Positions 34,629 through 44,822 of a stretch of DNA of 64,000 nt are shown here, piece by piece (the stretch's first letter is position 1; every line of letters begins with the position of its first letter). This DNA comes from Hyaloraphidium curvatum SAG 235-1 (lineage: Eukaryota > Fungi > Monoblepharomycota). The notes under the pieces were generated by a model. That model was given only the letters and a program-made list of their open reading frames with translations. It was not told where the DNA came from and did not search any database. Location of the stretch: NCBI GenBank assembly GCA_025558095.1, contig JAIVFI010000030.1, positions 372,001-436,000 of the forward strand, in the 5' to 3' direction. The position numbers and the translations under genes are program-made.

Positions 34629-34733
34629 CGGCGGCTCCCAGCCACTCGGTCCCAGCACGCCGCTGCGACATCCGACAACAGCGACTGACCCGCGCGCCCC
34701 TCCGCCCCCGCGCCGCCCGCCGCCGCCGCCGCC

Positions 34734-35707
34734 ATGACCCACAACTCGCCCGACGGCACGCCGTCGACCCGCCGCCACCGCGGCGGCCACCTCAACTCGG
34801 CGCTGCCGTACCACTCGCGGCACTCGCAGGTGGGCGAAACCGCCCATCGGGGCCATTCCCCCTCTTAAATCCCGATTCTAACCGCTGTTTTATTGCCCCC
34901 CGTGCGCCGGCCGCCCGCGATTCGCCGCGATTCCCCCTTCCCCCCGCCAGAACTCGCACCTCCCCGCCGACGCCTTCGGCCCGCACACGCCCCCCGTCCC
35001 CGGCACCTGCCCCGTGCCCGGCTGCTCGCACGCCCGCATTGCCCGCTGCGCGCTGCACCCCGTGTCGTGGGACCCGGACATGCAGCGCGTGGTGGCGCTG
35101 AGCTCGAGCGAGTACGCAAACAACGAGGCGCAGTGCGAGGTCGCGCGGCACGTGGTGAGGGAGCATCCGTGCGTGGCGAGGGGGGGGAGCGCTGCGGATA
35201 GGGCGACGCAGAGGGACAAGGAGACGGGGAGGTGGGGTTCCCGCGGGGGCCGCGTTCGTCCCCCTATCTGACTTTTCCCTTTTCCCCTCCCCCTTTCCCT
35301 TCCACACCCCCACTCCCACCCTTCCCCACCCCGCCAGACCCCTGTGGTCCTGCCCCATCCCCCACATGGCCGACGGCACCCCTTGCGGCTACCTCTCCTC
35401 GCGCAAGTCCAACCTCGTCTCGCACCTGACCTCCAAGCACTGCCCCGCCACCAAGCACTACTTCTGCCACGCGTGCGCGCCCGACGTCGCCGCGGCCTAC
35501 GTGCGCGGGCTGGAGGAAAGGTGCGCGGGGGGGGATCCGGGGGGGGTGATGGGCGAGGAGTCGAGGTTCAGGTCGAGGGGGGAGTTCAAGACGGCCGAGA
35601 ACGCAAAGAAGCACTTTTTGGAGAAGGACGTGGAGAGGATGCAGGAGGCGGGGGGGACCAAGAGGAGGAGGGGGCCGAGGCAGTTCGGGTTCGAGGTGGT
35701 CGAGTAG
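34734..35707 (+). CDS. Atypical C2H2 zinc-finger protein (3 exons)
   Basis: CPVPGC...ARHVVREH; WSCPIPHMADGTPCGYLSSRKSNLVSHLTSKH; YFCHAC...FKTAENAKKHF; KRRR NLS; introns at about 34830-34950 and 35232-35337. Confidence 0.65.
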
Positions 35708-35845
35708 GCGGGAGGCGCGACGGCGCGCTGCTACGGAGATGGGGGCGGACGGACGGGCGGTCGGGATGCCGACGTTGTAGATAGCTTTGCCACGGCACTC
35801 TTCATTGCAATGGGTCTTCCAGCTCTCTTTCTTTCCTCCGGCACG

Positions 35846-38050
35846 CTACACCGTGGCGTCGGAAGCCCCGTCCGTCTCGTCCCCGACGTTACCGTCGTCA
35901 GACAGCAGGTCCGAGTACTCGGGCTCCTCCCCCCCAATCCCGCCGCTCGCCAGCAGGCCTGCGAGCTCCGCCGCGATCTCCACGAACGTGGGCCGGTCCG
36001 CGGGCTCCTGCGCCCACGCCCGCTGTATGAGGGCCCACAGCGGATCCGCCGCAATGCGGTACGGCCGTGGCGGGCGTCTTCCCGAGCGGACCAAAAATGC
36101 ACTCTGGCGGTGAAGTGAGCAGCGCGCGGGGATCCATCCCTGGCAGGACGTTACCGACATGAAACTGCCCCATCCCACGGAACGGGTACTCTCCCCCGCT
36201 TGTGACTTCGTAGCAAACCATGGCAAAAGAGTAAACGTCGCCGGGGGCCCGGAGCGGGTTCCCTGCCAATCGCTCGGGGGCCATAAAGGGAACCGTGCCG
36301 CCCGTCACACGGCTCGACTGGGAATCTGCGTCGTCGTCCTCGTACTCGTCTGCGGAAATGGTCGTTTCCGGATGAAGTTGCGCCAGCCCGAAATCCGCGA
36401 TTTTGGGGACGTCGTCGTCTGCGGGGGCCAAAATCACGGAAAAGCTGGGGCACCTCACCGGGTGCGCCTTACCGATCAGGATGTTCACGCACTTGAGGTC
36501 CCCGTGAAGCACGCCGCAAGAATGGAGGTATGCCATGCCGTCAGCAACACCTTTCAGGAAGCGAAGGCCGAGAGCCAGATCCCATCCCGCGGCCTCGAGC
36601 CGCTCGCGCATGTTGCCTTGGGGACAAAATTCGGTGATCGTCATCGGTGGGGATTCGCAGAAGGCAAGCAAAGGCATTACTGGGGAAGACGAAAAGGTCA
36701 GCTGGATGTCCCTGCTTCAACGCTGCTTACCGTTGCGCTGAGTGAGCCCTTCCCAAACGGCGATCTCGTCACGGAATGTCTTCAGCAGCCTTGGTTCCTG
36801 CACCTCCAGTTTTGGCAAGACTTTGACCGCAACCACTGTCACTCCTCGCAGTTTGCCACGAAAGATGGTGCCGAAGGCTCCATCGCCTATGCGATCCTCT
36901 TGCGAGTATGACACGTCCGTCGCATTGACTCTGAGCTTCGAAAGAAGGCCAGGCTGCCGGGGCAGGGGCAGCTGCGGCTCCGTTTGAACTATATCACGCT
37001 CCAAAAGATCTACAACCCCGTGTGCACCTTCAAAAAGTGGGCGATCGAAAGGGTCCACGTCGGTACAGATTGACATCAGGTGCCATGCTTGATCGTCGTT
37101 TGCAATCTCGTATGGACGAGACAGAGGCGACCCCTCGGCGATGCTCCGAACCCGATCCTGAGAAACATCGTGAGCCAACATGATGCCTCTCGCGAGATCC
37201 AAAAGTATACGAACCATGTTGGGCAGCTGTCCGCACGCGACCTCATAAGCGATAACGCCGAAGCTGTACACGTCGGCAGCTTTGCTGCGGGTTCCGGCTT
37301 GGGTTTGCAAAGCTTCCGGAGGCAAGTAGGCAGGGGTCCCCGCGGTCGACGTCCCTGCAAGATCACGCAACGTCGAGAAACCGAAATCGGCGACCTTGTA
37401 GATGCCACCGCGGATCATGATATTGGCCGGCTTCAAATCGCAATGGAGAATGTCCATGGAATGGAGATAACGCATCGCTTGGGCTACCTGGAGTAAGCAC
37501 TTCTTGAATCCAGGCATGGGGAACGTGTTCGGCCGCCCGGACTCCTTCAAGTCCTTAAGCACATGTTCCAGATCTCCACCGTCCGCGAATTCAGATACCA
37601 GCGCAAGAGGCTCGATGCAGTAGCCGAGGAAACGGAGCACTGCGCGAGAGAATGAGATGACGGCAAGAGACCCAGCCTCGGTGTCGCTGCACCGTTATCG
37701 TCCGCAAGCCTCTGCCAGTTTTCGACCTCCTTGACCAGCGCTGTTGCGAGAGTCCGTCGGTCGGTGCGCGGTCCCTCCTTCAGCACCTTGACTACCGCCG
37801 GCGTCACGCGGCGGAGCACCGCCTTGTAAGCGACACCGAAAGCTCCCTCGCCGAGCTTCCGGCGACGATGGGTGTCCGGATCCCGCTCAAACACAAAGTC
37901 TTTATCAAAAAAGAGCTCGAAATCGTGCGGCCTCGGCCGGACGGGGCTGGCTTCTCGTGCGGCACGCGCCCCGTGGCCCGGCGGCGGAGGGGTTTGCGGC
38001 GCGTCCGGCCGCAACGAATCCCGGCCACCGCCGGCCGAATCGTCGGCCAT
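35846..38050 (-). CDS. Tandem dual-domain TKL-type protein kinase (~644 aa, 6 exons)
   Basis: Kinase 1: LGEGAFG, VVK, HCDLKPAN, DFG, GTPAYLPPE. Kinase 2: IGDGAFG, VAVK, HGDLKCVN, DFG, GTVPFMAPE. Exons 38050-37693, 37639-37215, 37157-36731, 36679-36473, 36418-36159 and 36103-35846 are all frame-consistent. Confidence 0.9.
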
Positions 38051-38731
38051 CGTAACGGTAACGAAGGTCGGCGATGGCTCGGTGCCGTGGATCGTCCCCG
38101 GCACGCTGACGCCTTGAACGGGCGGTGAGAATGATGTCTCGACGACGCGCGACTGGCCGCGCATCGTCGATCCCGCGAAGACAGTTCGATGACTGACCCA
38201 GGATGAACGACCCTCACGTCCTCATAGATGCGGCAAGTGTTTCTCGATCGAGGAGTCTCTTTCCTGCGGCTGAGGGCGAGGGCGACCGGCTTTAATATTC
38301 CACCGGCGCACGTGCCCTGACGCTGACTCCGCCGACTTCGTGAGTGACGGGCACAACCAGCCCAGGGAGACGATCATACATTGAAGTAAGCCGATAGCAT
38401 AGAGCCCGCTGTACTTGGCCTGACGGACCGTGACCGCCAGCAGGCCAAAGCTCCCGCTCCGTACTTTCCTTTTGATCGATGCACAGCAGACGGGAGATGC
38501 AGATGAATCCTGATGACTCCAGACCGAATCCGTTACCGAACCGTCATCTCGTCCGCTTGGATATCCGTAGCTGGCGTTGCGAACGCGTGGAAACCCGGAT
38601 CGCGATTCGGAAAGTTCGATGCCGCCCGGCTGGCAATCGCCCACAGCCGCTCCGAACCTTCGAACAAAGCCGTCCAACTGCCAGACGGCGGATCTCCGCG
38701 TTCCAACACCGCGTGTGATTTCTCCCCACCA

Positions 38732-39715
38732 ATGGCCTCGGCCGGCGACGACCGGGCCCACGCGGCCGGCCGCTCCCCCAACTCCTCGGCGCCCGCGCCG
38801 CGCCGCTCAGTCCTCCGCACGGCGTTCCGCGGCGGGGTCGCGGGGCTCGCCGGCGGCGCGGTGCAGGTGCTCCTGCTGATGTGGCTCCGCACCGCCGTGA
38901 ACTACCAGTCGCGCCACGGCGGAACCTCGGTGGACGCGCTCAAGGCGCTCTACGCCCAGGGCGGGATCGCGCGCTTCTACGAGGGCGTGACGTTCGCCAT
39001 CCTGCAAGGCCCTCTCGCGAGATTCGGAGGCGTGGCGGCCAACGAGGGTGCCCGCGAGCTGGCCGCCGTGCTCGCCGTCGCCGAAAACCAGCGGCCCGCC
39101 TTCGCCGCGGCCCTCGGCTCACTTCTCTCCACCCTGTGGCGCGTGCTGCTGATGCCCATCGACACCTGCAAGACCGTGCTGCAGGTCGATGGCCGGGCAG
39201 GCCTGCAGACGCTCCTGCGCGAGGTCCGCAACGGCCGCCCCGGGCTGCTGTTCGAGGGGACCGTGGCGACCGCCGTGGCCAACGTGCTGGGCCACTACCC
39301 CTGGTTCTTCGTGCACAACTTACTTGAGGCCAAGCTGCCGCGGCGCCCGTCCGCAGCCGGCAACCTTTTCCGCACCGCCGTCATCGGCTTCCTCGCGGCC
39401 TGCGCCTCGGACGCCGCGAGCAACTCCTTGCGCGTGCTCAAGACCGTCAAGCAGGCCGACGCGGCCAAGCTCGCCGGCGGGGGGTCGTACCTCGCAGCCG
39501 CGAAAAACGTGCTTGCGGGGGGAGGGGCGGCGGAGCTGTTCGGGAGGGGGCTGGCGCTGCGGGTGCTCGCCAACGGGGTGCAGAGCGTGCTGTTCGTGGT
39601 CGTGTGGAAGAAGGTGGCGGAGATGCTGAGGGGCGGTTCCGGGGAGGGCGGGGAGGGAGGGCAGAGGGCGGGGAGGCGGGCGGCGGGGGACGGGGAAGAG
39701 ATGCGGAAGAGCTAG
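38732..39715 (+). CDS. Mitochondrial carrier family (SLC25) protein, intronless
   Basis: LMWLRTAVNYQ, GGIARFYEG, MPIDTCKTVLQVDG, NSLRVLKTVKQ, LFGRGL; three-repeat architecture. Confidence 0.85.
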   Translation: MASAGDDRAHAAGRSPNSSAPAPRRSVLRTAFRGGVAGLAGGAVQVLLLMWLRTAVNYQSRHGGTSVDALKALYAQGGIARFYEGVTFAILQGPLARFGGVAANEGARELAAVLAVAENQRPAFAAALGSLLSTLWRVLLMPIDTCKTVLQVDGRAGLQTLLREVRNGRPGLLFEGTVATAVANVLGHYPWFFVHNLLEAKLPRRPSAAGNLFRTAVIGFLAACASDAASNSLRVLKTVKQADAAKLAGGGSYLAAAKNVLAGGGAAELFGRGLALRVLANGVQSVLFVVVWKKVAEMLRGGSGEGGEGGQRAGRRAAGDGEEMRKS

Positions 39716-40145
39716 CGCATCGCGCCAGCGGGTGTGCCGTGTTGTGGATGAGATTTCTTTTCTTGGTGCATGACTAGATCGTCTGCCCCGATCGGGGAGG
39801 CCAGCTTCAAGGTTGGCGCGCTTCCGCAAGTCGAACCGGCGGCCGTAACGCACGGAGAGGGTGCATGAAAATCCAGAAGCACCGCAGCGGTCAGGATCGT
39901 CGACGAACAGCGCCTTGGCACCTGAATCGAGGCTCCGGGACCAAACAACTTCATGAGGTAAAGATTGCCGTAGAAGTAAGCCGATTGCACTGTGGCAGAC
40001 CCAATCCTGGTTGCACCCCTTGGAGGCGCCGCAAAGAGTTCGGGGAGGCGGCGCTTTCCGGGATGGACGCTGCGACACGGTCACGGCATCTGACGCTGAC
40101 GCCGCCACATCCACCGCATAAGCCCCGACATTCCGGCCCTCAATA

Positions 40146-42344
40146 ATGCCTCGAACGGATGCTGGCACTGTATCCAACCAAACTCACCACAGCACGGCCG
40201 CCGCCCCGAACCGCGCCGACGATTGGGCGTCGAACGGCCAGTCCGCGCCTATTCCTCCCCAAACGGAACGCATCGCGCCAGCGCGGCCCGATGACGCTTC
40301 CGATTCAGGCGCTGCGTCGTCATCCGACCGCGATGCGGCCGCGGAACGCGCCGGGGCTCGCTCCACCTCGGATTCCGCCGGCGAGGGCCCCCAGTGGCGT
40401 TGCCAGGAGCCCTCCCCTCCAGCGACCCCCGTCAAGCCCGCTCCCACCCGAATCGCGACGCGGTCGACGACGGCTGCTTCAAAAATGCCCATTGCTGCTT
40501 CTTGCGGCTGCGAGATTGGCGGAAAGCGCTTCGATTCGGAGCACATGACCCAGGAATCCTGGGAGGCCGCCGCGGAGGTCGTTGGACCCGTTGCGGGTGC
40601 CGGAATCGAGATCATCTGCTGGCACGGGAACGAGCTCAAGGTGCGCGTCGGCGAGCGCGCTCCTGTGCGTGTCAAGTTCGACTCGGACAGGCGCCTGTGC
40701 GTGGCTTTCGGTGAGAAGGTCGACCCTCGCGTCGACACCGTCATCGAGGACGGCCAAGACTCCAACCACACCCTTGCCTTCGCCTGGTTAGCCTGGGGCA
40801 TGCTCAACGTGCTCACAGCCCGCGAGGTCCTGTCTCGACGCGAGCTTCTGGAGGCCCAGTGCGGATTCGTCCGGCACACGGTCGACGTCGCCGCGGGGGA
40901 GCGCCATCGCGACGAGTGGACCGATGGGGAGGTTTGCGCGGCCGCAGACAGGCTGAACAAAGTGCTCGGGGAGCTATGGGACCGTCCCGGAACCGCTTTC
41001 GAAGAGCGGGTGCTGGGCGTGCTACGGTACTGCGACGCCAACCTCTACCAGCACTGCTACATGTGCTGCCGCCACCTCCGCGAGCTGCACGACTCCGAGC
41101 GCGACGTGCTCCCCACCACGTGCGGCGCCACCCGGTGCGCAAGGGCCGCGAGCGAGGACCTTCGGAACGTGGACCTGGGGGGCTATCTCAAGCACCGGCA
41201 CGCCCGCGCGCTGCTCGTTTTCGTCGTCGAGTCTGCCTACCGCGCGACCGAGCACCAACAAAGAGACCGACTTTTTCCGTTCGTGCCAAAGAAGTTCGAA
41301 AAGGCGCCGACGGACACGACCGAAGTGGGCAACATGGAGGGTAACGCACCTCTACGTATCGAGGATGCTGTCGTCGGCACCGGCGGAGACCAGGCGCCGC
41401 ACGCCGCAGTTGGCACCGCTCCGCCGACCGCTCCGGCAGGGGCGCCCGCTCCGCCTCCCCCACCGCCTCCTCCGCCACCTCCTCCGCCGCCTCCCCCTTT
41501 GTCGAGAGCTACTGCCAACTCCGAGCGATCTGACCGACGGAGCTTGGCGGAGCAGCTGCAGCAGCGGGTGCCCCTGGTGGGAGCTCCCGAGCCACCTCCC
41601 CAATCATTCTCTGCCACCGTAGCAGCCGATCGAGCCCGCCGTGGGCCCAGCAGGCGTGCGCATGTCGCCCGATACGACCGCCAAGCGGTGCGGGAGAACC
41701 TGGAAGCCATCCGCTCCCTCGCGAGCCTCCGCGAGCTCTACGAAGGCCCGACGACGCCGCAGGGGAGACCGCTGCGCATGCTCGCGTGGTGGCTGCTGTG
41801 CATGACGGTGCCGCGCGTGCGCCCCGCCGACATCGAGGCGGTGCTCGCGGACGGCGCCGAGTCCGGGCTCGACTACACCGGCTTGGACCGCGGCGCGCTG
41901 GTGACGGCGCTAGAGGTTCGTCACGACGAAGACGAGGAGCTCGCGTTCCGCAGGGCCGCCGAGAAGCACGGCAGGGTGCAGTGCGTGCACGGGACGGACG
42001 TGGAGAGGTTCTGGTCCATCCTCCAGAACGGCTTCAGGATCCTGTCGGGCTCGTCGCTTCAGGCCAACGGGCGGATCCACGGAGGCGGCCTGTACATGGC
42101 CAGTAGGTTCGCAACCAGCGTCGAGTACTCGAAACGGTGCACGGTCACGCACAACAACACCATGTCGGAGCACGAGAGGAGGCTGGGGAGGTATTGGGCC
42201 ATGGCAGTCATGGACGTGGCGAACGACCCCGATGCAGTGGAGAGGCCGCAAGGTGACTTTGTCAAGGCCAATCGGACGGACGGGATCGTCCTGTTCCGGT
42301 ATCTGCTGATCTTCAAGGGCGACAGTGACGAGGAGTCAAGCTAG
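40146..42344 (+). CDS. PARP6/8-like mono-ADP-ribosyltransferase, intronless
   Basis: Catalytic HGT...FWSILQNGFRILSGS..QANGRIHGGGLYMASRFATSVEYS...FRYLLIF. Upstream Zn motif CYMC...PTTCGATRC followed by LFPFVP, as in the PARP6/8 clade. No catalytic Glu evident. Confidence 0.8.
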   Translation: MPRTDAGTVSNQTHHSTAAAPNRADDWASNGQSAPIPPQTERIAPARPDDASDSGAASSSDRDAAAERAGARSTSDSAGEGPQWRCQEPSPPATPVKPAPTRIATRSTTAASKMPIAASCGCEIGGKRFDSEHMTQESWEAAAEVVGPVAGAGIEIICWHGNELKVRVGERAPVRVKFDSDRRLCVAFGEKVDPRVDTVIEDGQDSNHTLAFAWLAWGMLNVLTAREVLSRRELLEAQCGFVRHTVDVAAGERHRDEWTDGEVCAAADRLNKVLGELWDRPGTAFEERVLGVLRYCDANLYQHCYMCCRHLRELHDSERDVLPTTCGATRCARAASEDLRNVDLGGYLKHRHARALLVFVVESAYRATEHQQRDRLFPFVPKKFEKAPTDTTEVGNMEGNAPLRIEDAVVGTGGDQAPHAAVGTAPPTAPAGAPAPPPPPPPPPPPPPPPPLSRATANSERSDRRSLAEQLQQRVPLVGAPEPPPQSFSATVAADRARRGPSRRAHVARYDRQAVRENLEAIRSLASLRELYEGPTTPQGRPLRMLAWWLLCMTVPRVRPADIEAVLADGAESGLDYTGLDRGALVTALEVRHDEDEELAFRRAAEKHGRVQCVHGTDVERFWSILQNGFRILSGSSLQANGRIHGGGLYMASRFATSVEYSKRCTVTHNNTMSEHERRLGRYWAMAVMDVANDPDAVERPQGDFVKANRTDGIVLFRYLLIFKGDSDEESS

Positions 42345-42656
42345 ATGTTGTAGGTTCCGACGATACCGCCAATGGAGGATAGCTTCAGACCTCCAATTTA
42401 TCTTCGCCAGCCTCGTCCCCTCATCATGGATTAAGAATTTGGAGACATGGCCCGTTGAACGGACCCCGCGATGCCTTGCGCGAGGGCGCGACCACAGGCC
42501 TGAGCTCCAGCCATGCGCCAAGGTGGCAACTGAAGCTTCTCCCTGGAAGCTCCGCGAATCGTTTCCCTCCTGCGCGCTTCACTCCGCGGCAGGCACTCTT
42601 CTGGACATCGGCCCCGCTGAGCCGGGCCTGTGCGCGGCACCCGACCCCGGACGCCG

Positions 42657-44260
42657 ATGGGAAGCAGCGACGTCCCCAACGCGGCCCCGCCGGCGGCGGC
42701 CCTCTCCGCTGCGGATTTCCTGCTGCTTTTCCCGGTGCCGCCGCAGCCGGTGCCGAGCTCCTAAAGCGCGTTGTCGCCCGCGCGGTCGGACGACCCCGCA
42801 GCCGCCCTCCGCGTCTCGGATCCCGTCACGGCACGCGTGCTGAAACGCGCCGTGGCGCCATACGGTCTTCTGAGCCTCGCGTACTCGCTCAACCGGTTCT
42901 TCTCGCCCTGGGTCACGCGAGCCGGCCTCTTGCGGCACGCGCTTGCCACGTTCGCGACGGCGCTCCTGCTGGCCGCGACGATCCGGCTCAACGAGACCGC
43001 GTACCGCATCTTTGGCTCCAAGCAGGTCATCGCTGGCACCATCGCGGTGCTGTACTCCTTCATCGCCGACGACATCGGCTGGGCGCTCGTCAAGGTCCGC
43101 GTGCGGAGGGAGGCCGACCCCCGCGTCCACGGGGCGACCGAACTCGATCAAGGGGCCCGGACGGAAGCGGATGCGGACATGGGGGACCATCCTTTCGCGG
43201 GGCTGACGCGGTGGCTCGGGGCGTGCGGGGTCGTCAGGGATGCCGAGCGGGGTGGTGTTACGGCTGGGGACCGGCCGCTGCTCGCCCATGTGCCCAACGA
43301 CAAGTTGTGTCCTTGCCTGCAGTGCATGCGGGCCACGCCGAACCAGGCAGGGCTCCTGTGCCTCCTTGACCAGGCACTTGTTACGGTCTTCTGCCTCGTC
43401 GCATGCCTGGTGCTGGCGACGTACACGCCTTTCGTTAGCTTCTCCGCGGTCTTCTGGTCCCTGCCCTGGTGCATCGCAATAGGCTGCGCCTACATTGTGA
43501 TCCATTTGCTCCATTGAATTCCGTTGGGGTTCGGCATCGTGCGGAGCAACGTCGCGCTCCTTAAGCTGATGACGAGGCTTCGCCATCGGGCCGTGACGAT
43601 CGCACTGTCGTCGCTGCTGGTGCACCTCCAGGATGTGGTCTCCGGCAAGCGAGTCTCGGATGCCGAAGCGTCAGAGCTGTATCTGGTGCTGCATGGCCAC
43701 CTGCGCACTTCCTGGAAGGACCGCTTCCTCGCGTCCCGCGCCACCCTGGCCTTCCAGACCTTTGTTTTCGGCAACGGGATCGTGGCCATCACCGTCAACA
43801 TCGTATGTGCCGTGTCCAGCGCGCCCCGATTGGACCTGACGGCCCCCAGATTGCCGGCAGCTGCATCACGGCCGCTTCCATCCTCTACATCGCCAGCATC
43901 GCCATCTCCGCGCTCGTCGTCAACGCAGCTAACTACGCCGCCGCCAACGCCGAGAGCGCCGCCGTCGCATCGGCCTATCGCGGCGCGCGGGTGCGCATCC
44001 ACGAGATGCTCGTCCGCGCCGCAAACTCCCGCGCCGCGGACCCCGCCGGGGTCGCGGAGCTGCAGACCCACGAGAGGGCGCTGCAGGTCCTGGCCGAGGA
44101 CGGGGCCGATTGCGCCGAGCGGGTGCTGGGGGTCGCGGTGGACTCGGGGGCAGCGAGGTCGATGGTCGTGGGGGCGCTGACGGTGGGGCTGGGACTGTAC
44201 TCGATCTTCAGGTCGGCGGGGATATTCGCAACGGTGCAGATTTTTGCCCCGTCCGTGTAG
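42657..44260 (+). pseudogene. Multi-pass membrane protein gene interrupted by two in-frame stops
   Basis: ATG 42657, ORF 42771 and ORF 43524 are in the same frame, separated only by TAA (42762) and TGA (43515). An intron at ~43803-43849 leads to the last exon. About 7 hydrophobic segments in total. Confidence 0.6.
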
Positions 44261-44822
44261 CGGATGGACGGCCGATTCACTAGCTGGAGCAGTGGACGTC
44301 ATGGACTCCCCGACGCCAGAAGCTTCAATGCATGACGGATATCTCATGCGCGCTAGCTTCTTCAATAGATACTGGCGGCCGCCAAGTGCTTTGGTTGAAC
44401 TTGACCCCACCTGTCGGGCCGGCGGTAAGTCGGGGGGAATGGCGGGATCAGCGCGGACCCAAGTCTCTGCTAGGACGAAGACAATATACACGAAAAGCGA
44501 ACCCCTGCCCCCCGAAATTTACCCTTCCATCTCGTAGAGCCACTGAGCCGTGCCCTCCACCCGACGACTTACCTCACCGGCCGCCCTCCCAGCCGCCGTG
44601 GACACCCCCTGCAGCGACCCCGATCCTGAATCCTGGCCGCCGTCCGAAGAACCTCCAGCAGAGCCGCCGCCGTTGCACGAGGCCAACAGGAACGCGTCGA
44701 CGCAACGCCGACGGGGTGTCTGCTGCTCCACCGATTCCTTCCGGCAAAGGCTACCCTCGAAGGTCACCTCAAAAGCTTCCCTGCGAGCTCTCCACGCGTC
44801 GCACGCACCCCATCGCACCGCC

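Noticed and set aside
38222-38700. Possible small gene or remnant between the tandem kinase and the carrier
   Set aside because: No recognisable motif or splice chain.
39716-40145. Protein-like minus-strand frames between the carrier and the PARP gene
   Set aside because: May be a gene relic, but there is no identifiable family and the frames overlap neighbouring genes.
42762-43517. Alternative genetic code or programmed read-through as the explanation for the in-frame stops
   Set aside because: Two different stop codons are involved, TGA ends many normal genes in this window and TAA ends the AKR gene; pseudogenisation is simpler.
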